Part shown: positions 21,208-31,290 of the stretch, piece by piece
Layout of the letters: each line of letters starts with the position of its first letter
Numbering within the stretch: the first letter of the stretch is position 1
Assembly: GCA_963823035.1 (NCBI GenBank)
Contig: CAWGKG010000004.1
Span: 256,001 to 320,000 of the forward strand
DNA length: 64,000 nt
DNA from: an uncultured Gemmatimonadales bacterium
Lineage (GTDB): Bacteria; Gemmatimonadota; Gemmatimonadetes; Longimicrobiales; Gaopeijiaceae
Direction: 5' to 3'
Program-made: the position numbers and the translations under genes
Notes under the pieces: generated by a model
The model's input: the letters and a program-made list of their open reading frames with translations, nothing else
Databases searched by the model: none
Told to the model about the DNA's origin: nothing

Positions 21208-21642
21208 GTGCCCGCGCCCCAGGACTTCAAGAACCACGCCCGTTTCGTGCCGCTGTACCACTACGTGACGTCTCCGATCCTCCTCGCGGTCCTGGGGTGG
21301 TCGGTCGCGCAGCTCGTGCGCGCACCGACGGTGGACCGCCTCTTCCTCTTCCTCATGGCGCTGGGGCTGGCACTGGCGGCCTACTGGGCACGCGCGTTCG
21401 CCCTGGGCGTGCAGGACCGCGTCATCCGGCTCGAGGAGCGACTGCGCATGGAGCGCATCCTCTCCGACGAGTTGCGCCCGCGGATCGGCGAGTTCACGGT
21501 CGACCAGCTCGTGGGGCTGAGGTTCGCGTCGGACGGGGAGTTGGGCGACCTCGCTCGTCGCGTGCTGGCCGAGGGCATCGCGGATCGGAAGACGATCAAG
21601 TCGATGGTGAAGAGCTGGCGCGCCGACCACCAGCGGGTGTGA
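21208..21642 (+). CDS. Small membrane protein, DUF6526-like
   Basis: QDFKNHARFVPLYH, two TM segments, QDRVIRLEERLR, LRFASDGEL and IK..VKSWRADHQRV. Confidence 0.75.
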   Translation: MPAPQDFKNHARFVPLYHYVTSPILLAVLGWSVAQLVRAPTVDRLFLFLMALGLALAAYWARAFALGVQDRVIRLEERLRMERILSDELRPRIGEFTVDQLVGLRFASDGELGDLARRVLAEGIADRKTIKSMVKSWRADHQRV

Positions 21643-21677
21643 CCGCGTTTCGGGGGCGCCCGCCCGGGCGCGGGGGG

Positions 21678-22175
21678 TCAGCGGATCGTGCCCCGCTGCG
21701 TGAGCGTTTGCTCGACGAGGCGCTCCCACTCGCCCGTGGACGGGCAGTCCGTGTAGGCGAGATCCCGCTCGTCGAAGCCTCGGCGGGTCCCGGCCTGGTA
21801 CTGCGCCAGGATCGTGACGGTGGCGCGGTTGGCGCGCCTACGCACCTCGAAGCCGTAGCGTACGCGCAGCGGCGCGGCGGCGCGCCGGGCTGCGCAGGTG
21901 GCATTCCGCCAGCCGGGTCAGGTCCACCTCACCCGGCTCGAAGTACGTCCAGTCCGAGCGGATGGAGCCGAACTGGTCATCGGCCACGAGCACCGGGATG
22001 CTCCGCGACTCGAGCAGCGCCGCCAGCGAGCCGAAGGCCTGCTCGAAGCTGAGCTCCACCAGGACCGCTGGGCGCGCCGGCGGGCGGGAAGGCGGGCGCG
22101 TGCGCCCGCCTGGCAGGAGCCGGCCGCGGCTCCGATCGCCAGCGCGAGCGCGCCCGCCCGGCCCCCGGCCCTCAT
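21678..22175 (-). CDS. Hypothetical lipoprotein, frameshifted, translationally coupled to the tricorn protease
   Basis: ATGA overlap with the tricorn stop. Signal ...AAAGSC, then SFEQAFG...IRSDW...AEC and YGFEVRRRANRATVTI...DCPSTGEWER in shifted frames. Confidence 0.55.
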
Positions 22176-25100
22176 CGACCGCCGCCGCCCTTCGGCCGAT
22201 GGTAGCGGACGGGCGCCGCCGGCTCGGCCTTGAGCTGGACGCCTTCGGTCTGGACGAGGCGGAGCGCTTCCTTCACGGCGGCCTCGAGCTGTGGGTCCTT
22301 GCCGGCCGCCACGGACTTCGGATCGTTCATGACGTCGATGTCGGGGGCGATTCCCTTGCCCTCGACGTCCCACTCCCCGTCCACGTTGAAGAAGCCGCCG
22401 CGAGGCGCGACGAAGCGCCCGCCGTCGATGAGCGGCGGCGTGTCCGCGGTGTGGACCAGCCCACCCCAGGTGTTCTTCCCGACGAGCGGGCCGAGCTTCT
22501 TGAAGTGGAAGAGGTAGGGCATGAGGTCGCCGCCGGATCCGGCGCGCTCGTTGATGATCATCACCTTGGGTCCCCACAGCGCGGCCATCGGCTGGGTGAA
22601 CACCTTGTGGGACGGCGTGCGCGAATTGAAGTACCCGGTGAGCTCGCGGCTCAGCACCTCGATGATGTAGTCGGCCGCCGAGCCGCCGCCGTTGTTGCGC
22701 TCGTCGAGCACCGCGCCCTTCCTGTCCTGCTGGGCGAAGTACATGCGGTTGAAGTAGGTGTAGCCGCCCTGGCCGGTGTTGGGGAGATAGACGTAGGCGA
22801 GCTTCCCTCCGCTCAGCTCGTCGACCTTCTTGCGGTTGCCCTCGATCCACGCCCAGCTGCGCAGCTGGCCCTCGTTGGCGGTCGGCTCGACCATGAGCTC
22901 CCGCGACCCGTCCAGCCCCGGTCTCGCGTTGACGCGCACCGTGATCGTGCGGCCCGCGGTGCCCTCGAGGAGCATGAACGGGTTGGTGGGCGGTCGCACC
23001 TCGCGGCCGTCGATGGCGACCAGGTAGTCGCCCTCCTTCACGTCCATGCCCGGTTGGCCGAGCGGCCCGACCAGGCCGGGATTCCAGCTCTCGCCCGTGT
23101 AGATGTGCGTGATGCGGTACGCACCGTCCGCTTCCGCGAGGTCCACGCCCAGGAGGCCGGTGCGGGGGCTGGTCAGCTCCGGATAGTCGCCGCCGCGCAC
23201 GTACGAGTGCCCGACGGAGATCTCGCCCGACACCATGTCGAGAAGCTGGTTGAAATCGCTGCGGTGCTCGACGTCGGGGAGCCAGGCGGAGTACCACCTC
23301 CACACGTCGTCCCACGGGGCTCCGTGCGTGTTGTCCACGTACAGGTAGTCACGCATGAAGCGCCACCCATCGTGGAGCATCTGTGCCCACTCCGCCTTGG
23401 GCTCGATGCGGATGCGCAGATCGCCGAGTGAGAGGCGTCCGTCCGCGACCTTGGGCGTGCCCGCGGCGTCCACGATGCTCCAGCTCGACCCGATGCGCAG
23501 CAGCACCTTCTTGCGGTCGCGCGACACGGACGCGGAGCGGACGTCCTTCGCGAATTCCGTGGCCTCGCGGTCCTTCAGGCTGTAGCGGCGGAGGGTGACG
23601 CCCTGCTCGTTCGGCACCGCCTCGGCCACGAACACCTGGCCGTCGGGACCCTCGACGAGCCCCTGGTAGTCGCGCGCCGGCAGGCCGGGCGCCGCGACGA
23701 TCCGCGCTCCGATGCCGTCGAAGTCGATCGCCACCGTCGGCGCCGGGGGGGCGGCCGCCTCGCCCGCACCCGCCCCCTCCTTTCCGCCCGACGGCTTGGC
23801 CGCCGCCTCCTCGTCGCTCGTCGGGAGGAAGGGAGACGCTTCGCCGCCCGCGAGCACCGCGACGTAGAGGGACCGGGTGACCGGGCGGTCGTACGCCGAC
23901 ATGTCGAGCCACGCCGAGTTGAGCGCGAAGTCGGTCGACGCGAGCAGGAAGAGGTACTTCCCGGAGGCGTCCCACAGCGGGGTGATGGCGTCGGCCATCC
24001 CGTCCGTGAGCTGATGGACCTGGCCCTCGCGCGTGTCGTAGACCATGACCGCGCGGAGGAGGTTGTCGAGCCGCTTCGTGTAGGCGATCCAGCGCGAATC
24101 GGGCGACCACACGGCCTCGATGCTGCGCCGCGGGTCGGCGTAGTCCTCGCCGTCCACATCGACCACACGTCCGGAGGCCACGTCGAGGACGCGCACGCGG
24201 AAATCCGTGTCCGTGAAGGCGATCTTGCTGCCGTCCGGCGACCACCTCGGATCGTAGTAGAACGTGTTGCCCGGGATGGCGACGCGCCGCGCGTTGCGTC
24301 CCTCCTGGTCGGTGATCACCAGCCCGTATTCGCCGCCGTCGTCGTTGAACCAGGCGATCTGCTTCCCGTCGGGGGACCAGGCGGGGTAGCGGTCGGCCAC
24401 GCCGGACGACTCGGTCAGGTTGCGCCACGAGCCCGCGTCGGCCGGGACCGTGAAGATGTCCCCGCGGTACTCGAAGAGAGCGCGCTTCCCGGTGGGGGAG
24501 AGGTGCGGGTTGGTGAGCTGCGCGGCCGGAACCTCCTCCCAGCGCGTCCGGGCCCAGTTCTGGTCGCCGGCCGCCTGGACGACCAGCTGGCGGGTCGCGC
24601 CGGTGGACGGGTTCACCTCGTGGAGGTAGCCCGCCTGTTCGTAGACCACCACGCCGTGTCCGGCGTCGAGGCTCTTCACGTCGAAGTCCGCGTGGTGGGT
24701 GAGCTGCTTCTCCTCACCGGTGCGCGGGTCGTAGGACCAGACGTTGCTCGCCCAGTCGCGCTCGGACAGGTAGTAGACCACGCCGTCCATCCACGTCGGG
24801 TCCATCTGGCGCTCGCCCTCCCACGGGGCCGTCTTCAGCTCGAGGGTGGAGAGGTTCACCACCCTCACCGGCTGCGCCTGGCCGCCACGGTAGTTGCGCC
24901 ACTCGGGGTCCCAGTAGCCGATCTCCTGGTACGCGAGCATCGAGCCGTCGTCGCTCATCTCGCCGAGATGGGCCTGGTGCACGGGGAGCGCGGAGGGGAG
25001 CCCGCCGGTCCGCGGGATCGTGTAGAACTTCGACAGGCGGGTCGGCACGCCCTCGCGGCCCGACTCGAAGACGATCTTCCCGTCCGGCGTCCACCCCTGG

Positions 25101-25456
25101 ACGACGTCGGCGCCCGGGTGCCACGTCAGTCGCTCCGGCTGCCCGCCCGCGGCGGCCACCACGTACACGTCCTGGTTGCCGCCGTACTCCCCCGTGAACG
25201 CGATCCAGCGCCCGTCCGGGCTGAACGCCGGATCGGTCTCCGCGCCCTCGTCGGTCGTGAGCCTGCGGGCCTGTCCGCCGTCGCGCCCCACGACCCAGAT
25301 GTCGTTGGCGTGCACGAAGGCGATGGCGTCGGCGCTCACGGAGGGCTGGCGGAGGAAGCGGGTCCCCGGGGACTGCGCATCGGCCGGGGCCGGCGAGGTG
25401 GTCGCGAGAGCGAGCGCGAGGAGCGTGGCCGGGACGGCCTTGATCGGGCGGACCAT
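22172..25456 (-). CDS. Tricorn-like S41 protease (beta-propellers, PDZ, catalytic domain)
   Basis: Signal peptide, PD40 repeats (FSPDG/WSPDG), WRNYRGG, VGHSYV, DERNNGGG, catalytic GSGGD and TWGGLV; intact frame. Confidence 0.95.
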   Translation of the reverse strand: MVRPIKAVPATLLALALATTSPAPADAQSPGTRFLRQPSVSADAIAFVHANDIWVVGRDGGQARRLTTDEGAETDPAFSPDGRWIAFTGEYGGNQDVYVVAAAGGQPERLTWHPGADVVQGWTPDGKIVFESGREGVPTRLSKFYTIPRTGGLPSALPVHQAHLGEMSDDGSMLAYQEIGYWDPEWRNYRGGQAQPVRVVNLSTLELKTAPWEGERQMDPTWMDGVVYYLSERDWASNVWSYDPRTGEEKQLTHHADFDVKSLDAGHGVVVYEQAGYLHEVNPSTGATRQLVVQAAGDQNWARTRWEEVPAAQLTNPHLSPTGKRALFEYRGDIFTVPADAGSWRNLTESSGVADRYPAWSPDGKQIAWFNDDGGEYGLVITDQEGRNARRVAIPGNTFYYDPRWSPDGSKIAFTDTDFRVRVLDVASGRVVDVDGEDYADPRRSIEAVWSPDSRWIAYTKRLDNLLRAVMVYDTREGQVHQLTDGMADAITPLWDASGKYLFLLASTDFALNSAWLDMSAYDRPVTRSLYVAVLAGGEASPFLPTSDEEAAAKPSGGKEGAGAGEAAAPPAPTVAIDFDGIGARIVAAPGLPARDYQGLVEGPDGQVFVAEAVPNEQGVTLRRYSLKDREATEFAKDVRSASVSRDRKKVLLRIGSSWSIVDAAGTPKVADGRLSLGDLRIRIEPKAEWAQMLHDGWRFMRDYLYVDNTHGAPWDDVWRWYSAWLPDVEHRSDFNQLLDMVSGEISVGHSYVRGGDYPELTSPRTGLLGVDLAEADGAYRITHIYTGESWNPGLVGPLGQPGMDVKEGDYLVAIDGREVRPPTNPFMLLEGTAGRTITVRVNARPGLDGSRELMVEPTANEGQLRSWAWIEGNRKKVDELSGGKLAYVYLPNTGQGGYTYFNRMYFAQQDRKGAVLDERNNGGGSAADYIIEVLSRELTGYFNSRTPSHKVFTQPMAALWGPKVMIINERAGSGGDLMPYLFHFKKLGPLVGKNTWGGLVHTADTPPLIDGGRFVAPRGGFFNVDGEWDVEGKGIAPDIDVMNDPKSVAAGKDPQLEAAVKEALRLVQTEGVQLKAEPAAPVRYHRPKGGGGR

Positions 25457-25557
25457 CTTGCGAGCCTCCGGAGGGAGCGGCTTGGCGGCGGGAAGAAGAG
25501 AGTAGGGGGGTGGCGACCACCTCGAAAGGGCCACGCATCGCGTGCGTATGCCGATGC

Positions 25558-26572
25558 ATGGGAACACCCCTCCTCACCGCCGCGTGCGTCCTCCTCGCGT
25601 CGTCGGCGCTCGCGGCGCAGACCCCCCGGATCGTGGATCCCGGGCTACCCGCGGAGTCGCGCGCGTTCGACTTCTGGCTCGGGACGTGGAGCGTGAACCT
25701 GCGCATCCACCAGCAGGATCTTTCCTGGAAGGACGCGGTGCGGGCCGAAGCGCGCGTCCACTCCGTGCTGCGCGGCAAGGCAGTCCTGGAGCTGTGGGGG
25801 AGCGACGGCATCAAGGGGATGAGCCTCCGCTACTTCGATCCGGCCCGTGAGCGGTGGGTGATGTGGCTGGACTGGCCGGGGAAGAACCGCTCCGGCGTCG
25901 TTCCGCTTCGAGGGAGGCTTCCGCCACGGCCGGGCCGAGTTCGAGACCCGACGGCTCGACAGAGAGGGCGTGGAGACCCGGACGCGCTACACCTTCAGCG
26001 ACATCACGGACCGGTCGCTGCGGTGGGACGACGCCTTCTCGCGTGACGGCGGCGACACGTGGAGCCACAACTGGATCATGGAGTTCACGCGCACCGCGCC
26101 CACGGCCGAGCTCCCGCCTGGCGGAGGGGACGCGCTCACGTACGTGGACGGCACCCGTTGCACCCTGCAGTCGTTCCACCGCTGGGACGCCTGGGCCGGG
26201 CGTCGCGCCGGCACGATGGGCGGTGAGCCGGCCACGCTCCGCGGCTACAGGATCCTCGACGGGTGCGCCGTGCTCCTCACGGTCTCGTACGACGGTCGTC
26301 CGGGGGAGGAGTGGCTCGGGCAACTCACCTTCAACACCTACGTGGCGCGCGCCGAGCTGCTCGCCCTGGGTGCCGCTCCCGCGGAGGAAGCGCGCGTCTA
26401 CCATACGGGCGACGCCCCGACGGACGATCTCTTCACCGAGCGCACGCAGGACGGCGCCCCGATGCGGCGCGTCCGGATGCAGCGGGCCGGTGGGGCGTTC
26501 ACCCTCGTCTGGGAGGAGCGTGCGGGCAGGGACGCGCCCTGGCGGGAAACGCGCAGGGGCTCCTTCCACTGA
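25558..26572 (+). CDS. Secreted hypothetical protein (DUF1579-like beta-barrel), frameshift near 25900
   Basis: Signal peptide, AFDFWLGTW, GMSLRYFDP...W, then RYTFSDIT.RSLRWDDAFSRDGGDTW in the next frame. Confidence 0.6.
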
Positions 26573-26676
26573 CGGGCCACCCGCCCGCGCAGGGTTTGCA
26601 GGTCTTGCGGGGCCGGCGACTGCCGGGGCCTATTGTGTCCCCTCGCTTCCAGCGCCGTCGCACCCCGGAGGGATCC

Positions 26677-28146
26677 ATGCGCCGCCTTTCGCCGATCGTC
26701 CTGACCCTCGCCGTACTCGCGCCCTCGGCCGCGACGCTCCGGGCCCAGACCACGGACACCGAGATGGCCGCCGCCGCCGACGTGCTCCGACAGATCGAGG
26801 ACCTCCAGGCGCGTCTGAAGCCGTCCGACATGGCCGCGAAGCTGGTGGGCAGGAAGGACGCGGGGCGCGACCGGGTCATGGCGCGCACGTCGGAGCTGTG
26901 GGACGGGGGGATGCAGGAGCTGGCGGACTGGATCGGCCACAACCCCGAGGTGGGGTGGGAGGAGGACCAGGCCGTCGACACGCTGGTGAAGGTGCTGCGG
27001 GGCGCGGGCTTCGAGGTGGAGACCGGCGTCGCCGACCTGGAGACGGCCTTCGTGGCGACGTGGACCTCGCCGGCGGGAGCGGGCGGCCTCACCCTCGGCC
27101 TCATCGGGGAGTACGACGCGCTGCGCGGCACCAAGGGCGCCTACCACGGCGATCAGCACAATGCGCAAACGCCGGTGGCCATCGCGGCGGCGCGCGCGCT
27201 GGCGGAGTACATGACGGCCGAGAACGTGCCGGGCACGATCAAGCTCTACGGCACGCCCGCGGAGGAGGTCGGCCCGCCCGCCAAGACGATCCTGTTCGAG
27301 GCGGGCGTCTTCCAGGGGGCGGACATCCTCGTCCGCAGCCACTCGAGCAACGGCACGGGCCGGGGGAAGGCGGGCTTCGGCATCTGCTGCCTGAACATCA
27401 ACGAGGTGAAGTACGTCTTCTCCGGCTACCCCTCGCACCAGCTCAGCTCGTGGTTCGGCCGCAACGCCCTGGAGGCCGCCGTGCACTTCTACACGGCCGT
27501 CGACCAGCTTCGCTCGACGCTCCGCCCCGAGGCGCGCATCCAGGGCGTGATTCCGGAGGGTGGCGTGGCGCCCAACGTGGTGCCCGACCGCGCGGTGGTG
27601 GACTACTACATCCGGTACCCGGACGAGGTCTACCTGGAGCACATGCAGGAGATGATCGACAACGCCGCGAAGGGCGCGGCGATGGCGACCGGCACCAAGG
27701 TCGAGATCGAGCACTACGGCGAATACCGCGACGGCATCTCGCTGGGCTCGTTGGAGGAGTTGGCCTTCGCGTACGCGAAGAAGCTGGGCGCGCCCAACCT
27801 CGAGCCCGAGCCGGGCCGCCCCGCCGGCTTCGAGGAGACGGGCTGGGTGAGCCGTGAGATCCCGGGCGTAGGCGTGAGCGTGGCAAGCTCGACCGGCGCC
27901 AACCACACCTACCAGATGCTCGAGGACGCGTTCACGGACCTCGGCCACACGGGCTTCCGGATGGACGCCCAGATCATGGCGGCCGTGCTCTACGACTTCC
28001 TCACGGACGCGAAGTTGCGCAACGCCGTGGAGACCGAGCAGTCCACGCTCGCGGGCCTCCTGGAGGAGTACCACACGCAGCTGCAGAAGACGTACGCGCA
28101 GGAGATGCAGGGCCCGCCGGTGGGCGCCGACAAGCCCGGTCGCTAG
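26677..28146 (+). CDS. Secreted M20 family amidohydrolase (AbgB/PM20D2-like)
   Basis: HNPEVGWEE, ETAFVA, EYDAL, GTPAEE, GRNALEA and GGVAPNVVP. Confidence 0.85.
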   Translation: MRRLSPIVLTLAVLAPSAATLRAQTTDTEMAAAADVLRQIEDLQARLKPSDMAAKLVGRKDAGRDRVMARTSELWDGGMQELADWIGHNPEVGWEEDQAVDTLVKVLRGAGFEVETGVADLETAFVATWTSPAGAGGLTLGLIGEYDALRGTKGAYHGDQHNAQTPVAIAAARALAEYMTAENVPGTIKLYGTPAEEVGPPAKTILFEAGVFQGADILVRSHSSNGTGRGKAGFGICCLNINEVKYVFSGYPSHQLSSWFGRNALEAAVHFYTAVDQLRSTLRPEARIQGVIPEGGVAPNVVPDRAVVDYYIRYPDEVYLEHMQEMIDNAAKGAAMATGTKVEIEHYGEYRDGISLGSLEELAFAYAKKLGAPNLEPEPGRPAGFEETGWVSREIPGVGVSVASSTGANHTYQMLEDAFTDLGHTGFRMDAQIMAAVLYDFLTDAKLRNAVETEQSTLAGLLEEYHTQLQKTYAQEMQGPPVGADKPGR

Positions 28147-28196
28147 AAGACAGAAACGGTAGTACCCGCGGGTGGCCGACGCGCCCCGGCGGGACC

Positions 28197-28799
28197 CTAC
28201 CTCTCCGTCATCTCGTCGATCATCCTCATCGCCCGCTGCGTGCGTTGGTCGTCCTGGACGTAGACGTCGAGGAAGCGCTGCAGGTAGATCCGGGCGTAGG
28301 TGTAGTCGCCTCCGGAGTAGCGCGTCACGCCAGCTTCGTAGAGTGCGACGTAGTGGTTCGGCCAGAACTCGAGCACCAACTCCATGAGGGGTCCGGCGGC
28401 CATCTCCTGCCCGCGCTCGACCATCGCCTGTGCCACGTTGAAGACGACGGACGCAGCCTCGAGGCGCGTGGCCTCGGGCAGGCCCAGGATCAGCGCGCGC
28501 GCCTTCGACCGGTCGGCCGCGATCGCGAAGCACGCGGCCTCGTAGCCGGTCGAGACCGTCCCCGCGGGCGGCCGACTCAGATCCACCGCCAGCTGCGCCC
28601 GCGCGGGGGTGCACTGCGCACGGATCGCGTCGAACCAGGCGGACGGGGTGGCAGGGGGCGCCTCGGGGGGAGCGGAGGGCAACGACGGGCGAACAGCGGC
28701 CGCCGGCACGGGCTCCTCGGAGCGGAGCATCCGGCGTGCGGGCGGTCCGACGATCATCACGAACGCCAAGACCGGGAGGATCTTCTGGAGCGTCTTCAT
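28197..28799 (-). CDS. Hypothetical TPR-like protein with N-terminal membrane anchor
   Basis: N-terminal hydrophobic segment and a C-terminal helical TPR-like segment (WPNHYVALYEAG...ARIYLQRFL). Confidence 0.7.
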   Translation of the reverse strand: MKTLQKILPVLAFVMIVGPPARRMLRSEEPVPAAAVRPSLPSAPPEAPPATPSAWFDAIRAQCTPARAQLAVDLSRPPAGTVSTGYEAACFAIAADRSKARALILGLPEATRLEAASVVFNVAQAMVERGQEMAAGPLMELVLEFWPNHYVALYEAGVTRYSGGDYTYARIYLQRFLDVYVQDDQRTQRAMRMIDEMTER

Positions 28800-28812
28800 G
28801 CCCGTGCATGGG

Positions 28813-28827
28813 GCAAAGGACGTGCCA
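28813..28827 (-). promoter_or_regulatory. Sigma54 (-24/-12) promoter
   Basis: The minus strand reads TGGCACG-TCCT-TTGC, an exact consensus match, just upstream of the ATG at 28799. Confidence 0.7.
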
Positions 28828-29027
28828 CCCGCAGAACCCCAGAGTTCAAGCCATTGCGACCCGCGAGAGCGATACCTTTTTCCGGTCAGGGGAACGAAAC
28901 CCCCATTGCATCCTGCCCGGGTCCTGCCCCTCTATTGTGGCAGGGTCCCCTCGGGATCCTGCGGGACGGCAGGGCGGTATGCGGTTTGTCCGACGTCCTC
29001 CGAAGACCCTGCGGACGGAGAAACATC

Positions 29028-30538
29028 ATAAGACTCGAGCACCCAGGGGGCCGCCGGTGGCGCCACCCCCTCGTCGCCGCCACCGTCACGGCGGCCCTCA
29101 TGGGAGCGCCCCGAGCGGCGGCAGCGCAGGACACCAGCGGCCAAGCAGCGCACGCAGGCGACGCTCGAGGAGCTGGCCGCCTACGCCACTCCCGCGGTCG
29201 TGCTGCTCGACGTGCGCACGCCGACCAGCTCGCGGCAGGGAAGCGGCTTCATCGTGGACGCGAGCGGCCGGATCCTGACGAACTACCACGTCGTGCGGGA
29301 CGCCCGGAACATCCGGGTGAAGCTCTCCTCCGGCGACATCTACGACGAGGTCGAGATCCTGGCCGAGGACGAGCGGCGCGACATCGCGGTGCTGCAGGTC
29401 CCCGGCTTCGACCTCCCGGCGCTGCCGCTGGGCAACTCCGATTCGGTGCGTATCGGCGCGGCCGTGGTGCTGATCGGAAGTCCGCTGGGATTGGAGAACA
29501 CGGTCTCCACCGGGATCATCAGCGGCCGGAGGCAGGAGGAGGAGGGCTACAAGCTCCTCCAGGTGAGCGCGCCCGCGTCCCCGGGCTCGAGCGGCGGAGC
29601 CGTCCTCACGGCCAACGGGGACGTGGTGGGCATCGCGGTGTCCCAGCTCGAGGCGGGGCAGAACCTGAACTTCGCCGTGCCGATCAACTACGCCCGCGGG
29701 CTCCTCGACCACCTCCCGAGCGCGCCCGTCCGCGTCCTGCAGCCCACCACGCGCGACGCCGAGGGCTCCGTCTCGGAGAAGACCGCCTCGCGCACGCAGA
29801 CGGTGAATCAGGGGCTCGGCTACGAGCTCGCGGGCTTTCAGGGCTACCGCATCGAGACGCGCACCACGATGGACCACAACCGGGAGCGGCGCACCCGGAT
29901 CACGTACCGCATCATCGAGACGGTCGGCGAGAGCCCGCCGCAGCTCGAGCGCTACCTCGAGAGCGAGACGACCACGCGCACGGAGCCCTTCGGAACGATC
30001 CAGACGCTCCGGCGCGAGCGCAGCCGCACGGTGGTCGGGCTCGCCCGCCTGCAACCGGTGTCGGCGCGCGGTGAGGTCGACGTCGTGGACGCCGGAGGGG
30101 TGGGCCACCTCCACCTACGACATGCGCTTCGACGGAGACCACGTCCTGGGGGTGGTCAGCGACACGAGCGCCGCCCGCTCGAAGGAGGTCGACATGGACG
30201 TTCCGGACGGCATCATCCTGCACGACGTGCGCGAGCTCGCTTTCGCGCTGCTGGACACCGACCATCTCGTCGGACGGAGCGTCGAGTTCACCACCTTCGA
30301 CCCGCGTACGGCCGAGGTTCTGCACGATCGCTACGACGTGCTCGACCAGGCGTCCGTGAAGGTCGGCGACCAGACGTACGACGCCCTGCAGGTGAACCTC
30401 GCGACGGGGCTCGACAACGAGACGCTGTTCTTCCGCGCGGCCCGTCCGCGGATCTTCCTCAGGAGGGTCCGCATGGACTCCGGAGAAGTGGAGGAAGTGA
30501 CCGCCGTTCAGTACTTCACCGAAAACGGGGGTTCCTGA
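29028..30538 (+). CDS. Trypsin-like S1C serine protease with C-terminal non-PDZ domain; frameshifted, start uncertain
   Basis: GSGFIV, TNYHV (His), DIAVL (Asp) and SPGSSGG (Ser). A signal-like N-terminus follows GGAG at about 29017. The C-terminus continues in ORF 30071-30538. Confidence 0.8.
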
Positions 30539-30568
30539 GAAGCCAGGCCTGGCGCGGGTTCTGAGCGT

Positions 30569-30585
30569 TGGGCACGGGTGTTGCT
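30569..30585 (+). promoter_or_regulatory. Sigma54 (-24/-12) promoter
   Basis: TGGGCACG-GGTG-TTGCT (GG-N10-GC), about 70 nt upstream of ATG 30657. Confidence 0.6.
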
Positions 30586-30656
30586 GAACTCTCGGGGGTG
30601 CACGACGCGCCGGTCGTTTCCGAGCGCACCGAAATCCCGAGACAGGAGAGACCCTC

Positions 30657-31095
30657 ATGCGGACATGGAAAGGGCTGACCGCCCTCATGGCCCTCACGCC
30701 CCTGGCCTTCACCTCGACACCCGCCTCCGCCCAGGAGGAGCAGCCGACCCCGGCCATGCAGCAGTGCACGGCGCGAGGTGCTGCCCAGCCAGCTGCACAG
30801 CGGACAGAAGGCCGAGCGGGTTTCGATCTCGCTTTCGAGCCCGGTCGGCAACGTGACCGAGTTCACCACCGAGGACGCCGAAGCCGGCGTGAAGGTGGCC
30901 GACCCGGCCGACCTGCCCAAGACCGAGATGGCGGCCGAGGAGACCGCGCAGAAGCCGATCGAGATGGCGGCGGAGAACAACCGCCTCACGATCTGGCTGA
31001 ACACCGAGAACGCGCAGCCCGGCACGTACCCGTTCACCCTGAAGGGCGACGGCGGTGCGTGCACCGGTAGCCTCGAGATCAGCGAGATGGACTGA
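30657..31095 (+). CDS. Small secreted hypothetical protein (frameshift near 30775)
   Basis: RBS AGGAGA and a signal peptide ending ASA|QEE. Continues in ORF 30778-31095; has a Cys pair. Confidence 0.65.
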
Positions 31096-31150
31096 CGGCT
31101 GGACGGGCGTTCGCGCCAGGCGACGTCCCCACGTGGGTCGTCCGGCGCGC

Positions 31151-31185
31151 ACCCCTCTCCGACCGCTTCGGCGGCGGAGGGGGGT
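31151..31185 (+). terminator. Stable hairpin with cUUCGg loop, possible terminator
   Basis: ACCCCTCTCCG-A-CCGC-TTCG-GCGG-CGGAGGGGGGT; only a weak U-tract follows. Confidence 0.4.
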
Positions 31186-31205
31186 TCCGTCGTTCGGGGG
31201 GTGAC

Positions 31206-31265
31206 GGTACGGCGCCGGCGAAGGGCCGATACATTTCCGTTACACGATCATCGCACGATCGCTAC
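31206..31265 (+). promoter_or_regulatory. Candidate Pho-box-type direct repeats upstream of pstC
   Basis: GGTAC 31206, GATAC 31228, GTTAC 31239 and GCTAC 31261, all on an 11-bp register. Confidence 0.55.
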
Positions 31266-31290
31266 CTCCGATCGCTCCATTCCTGGCGGT

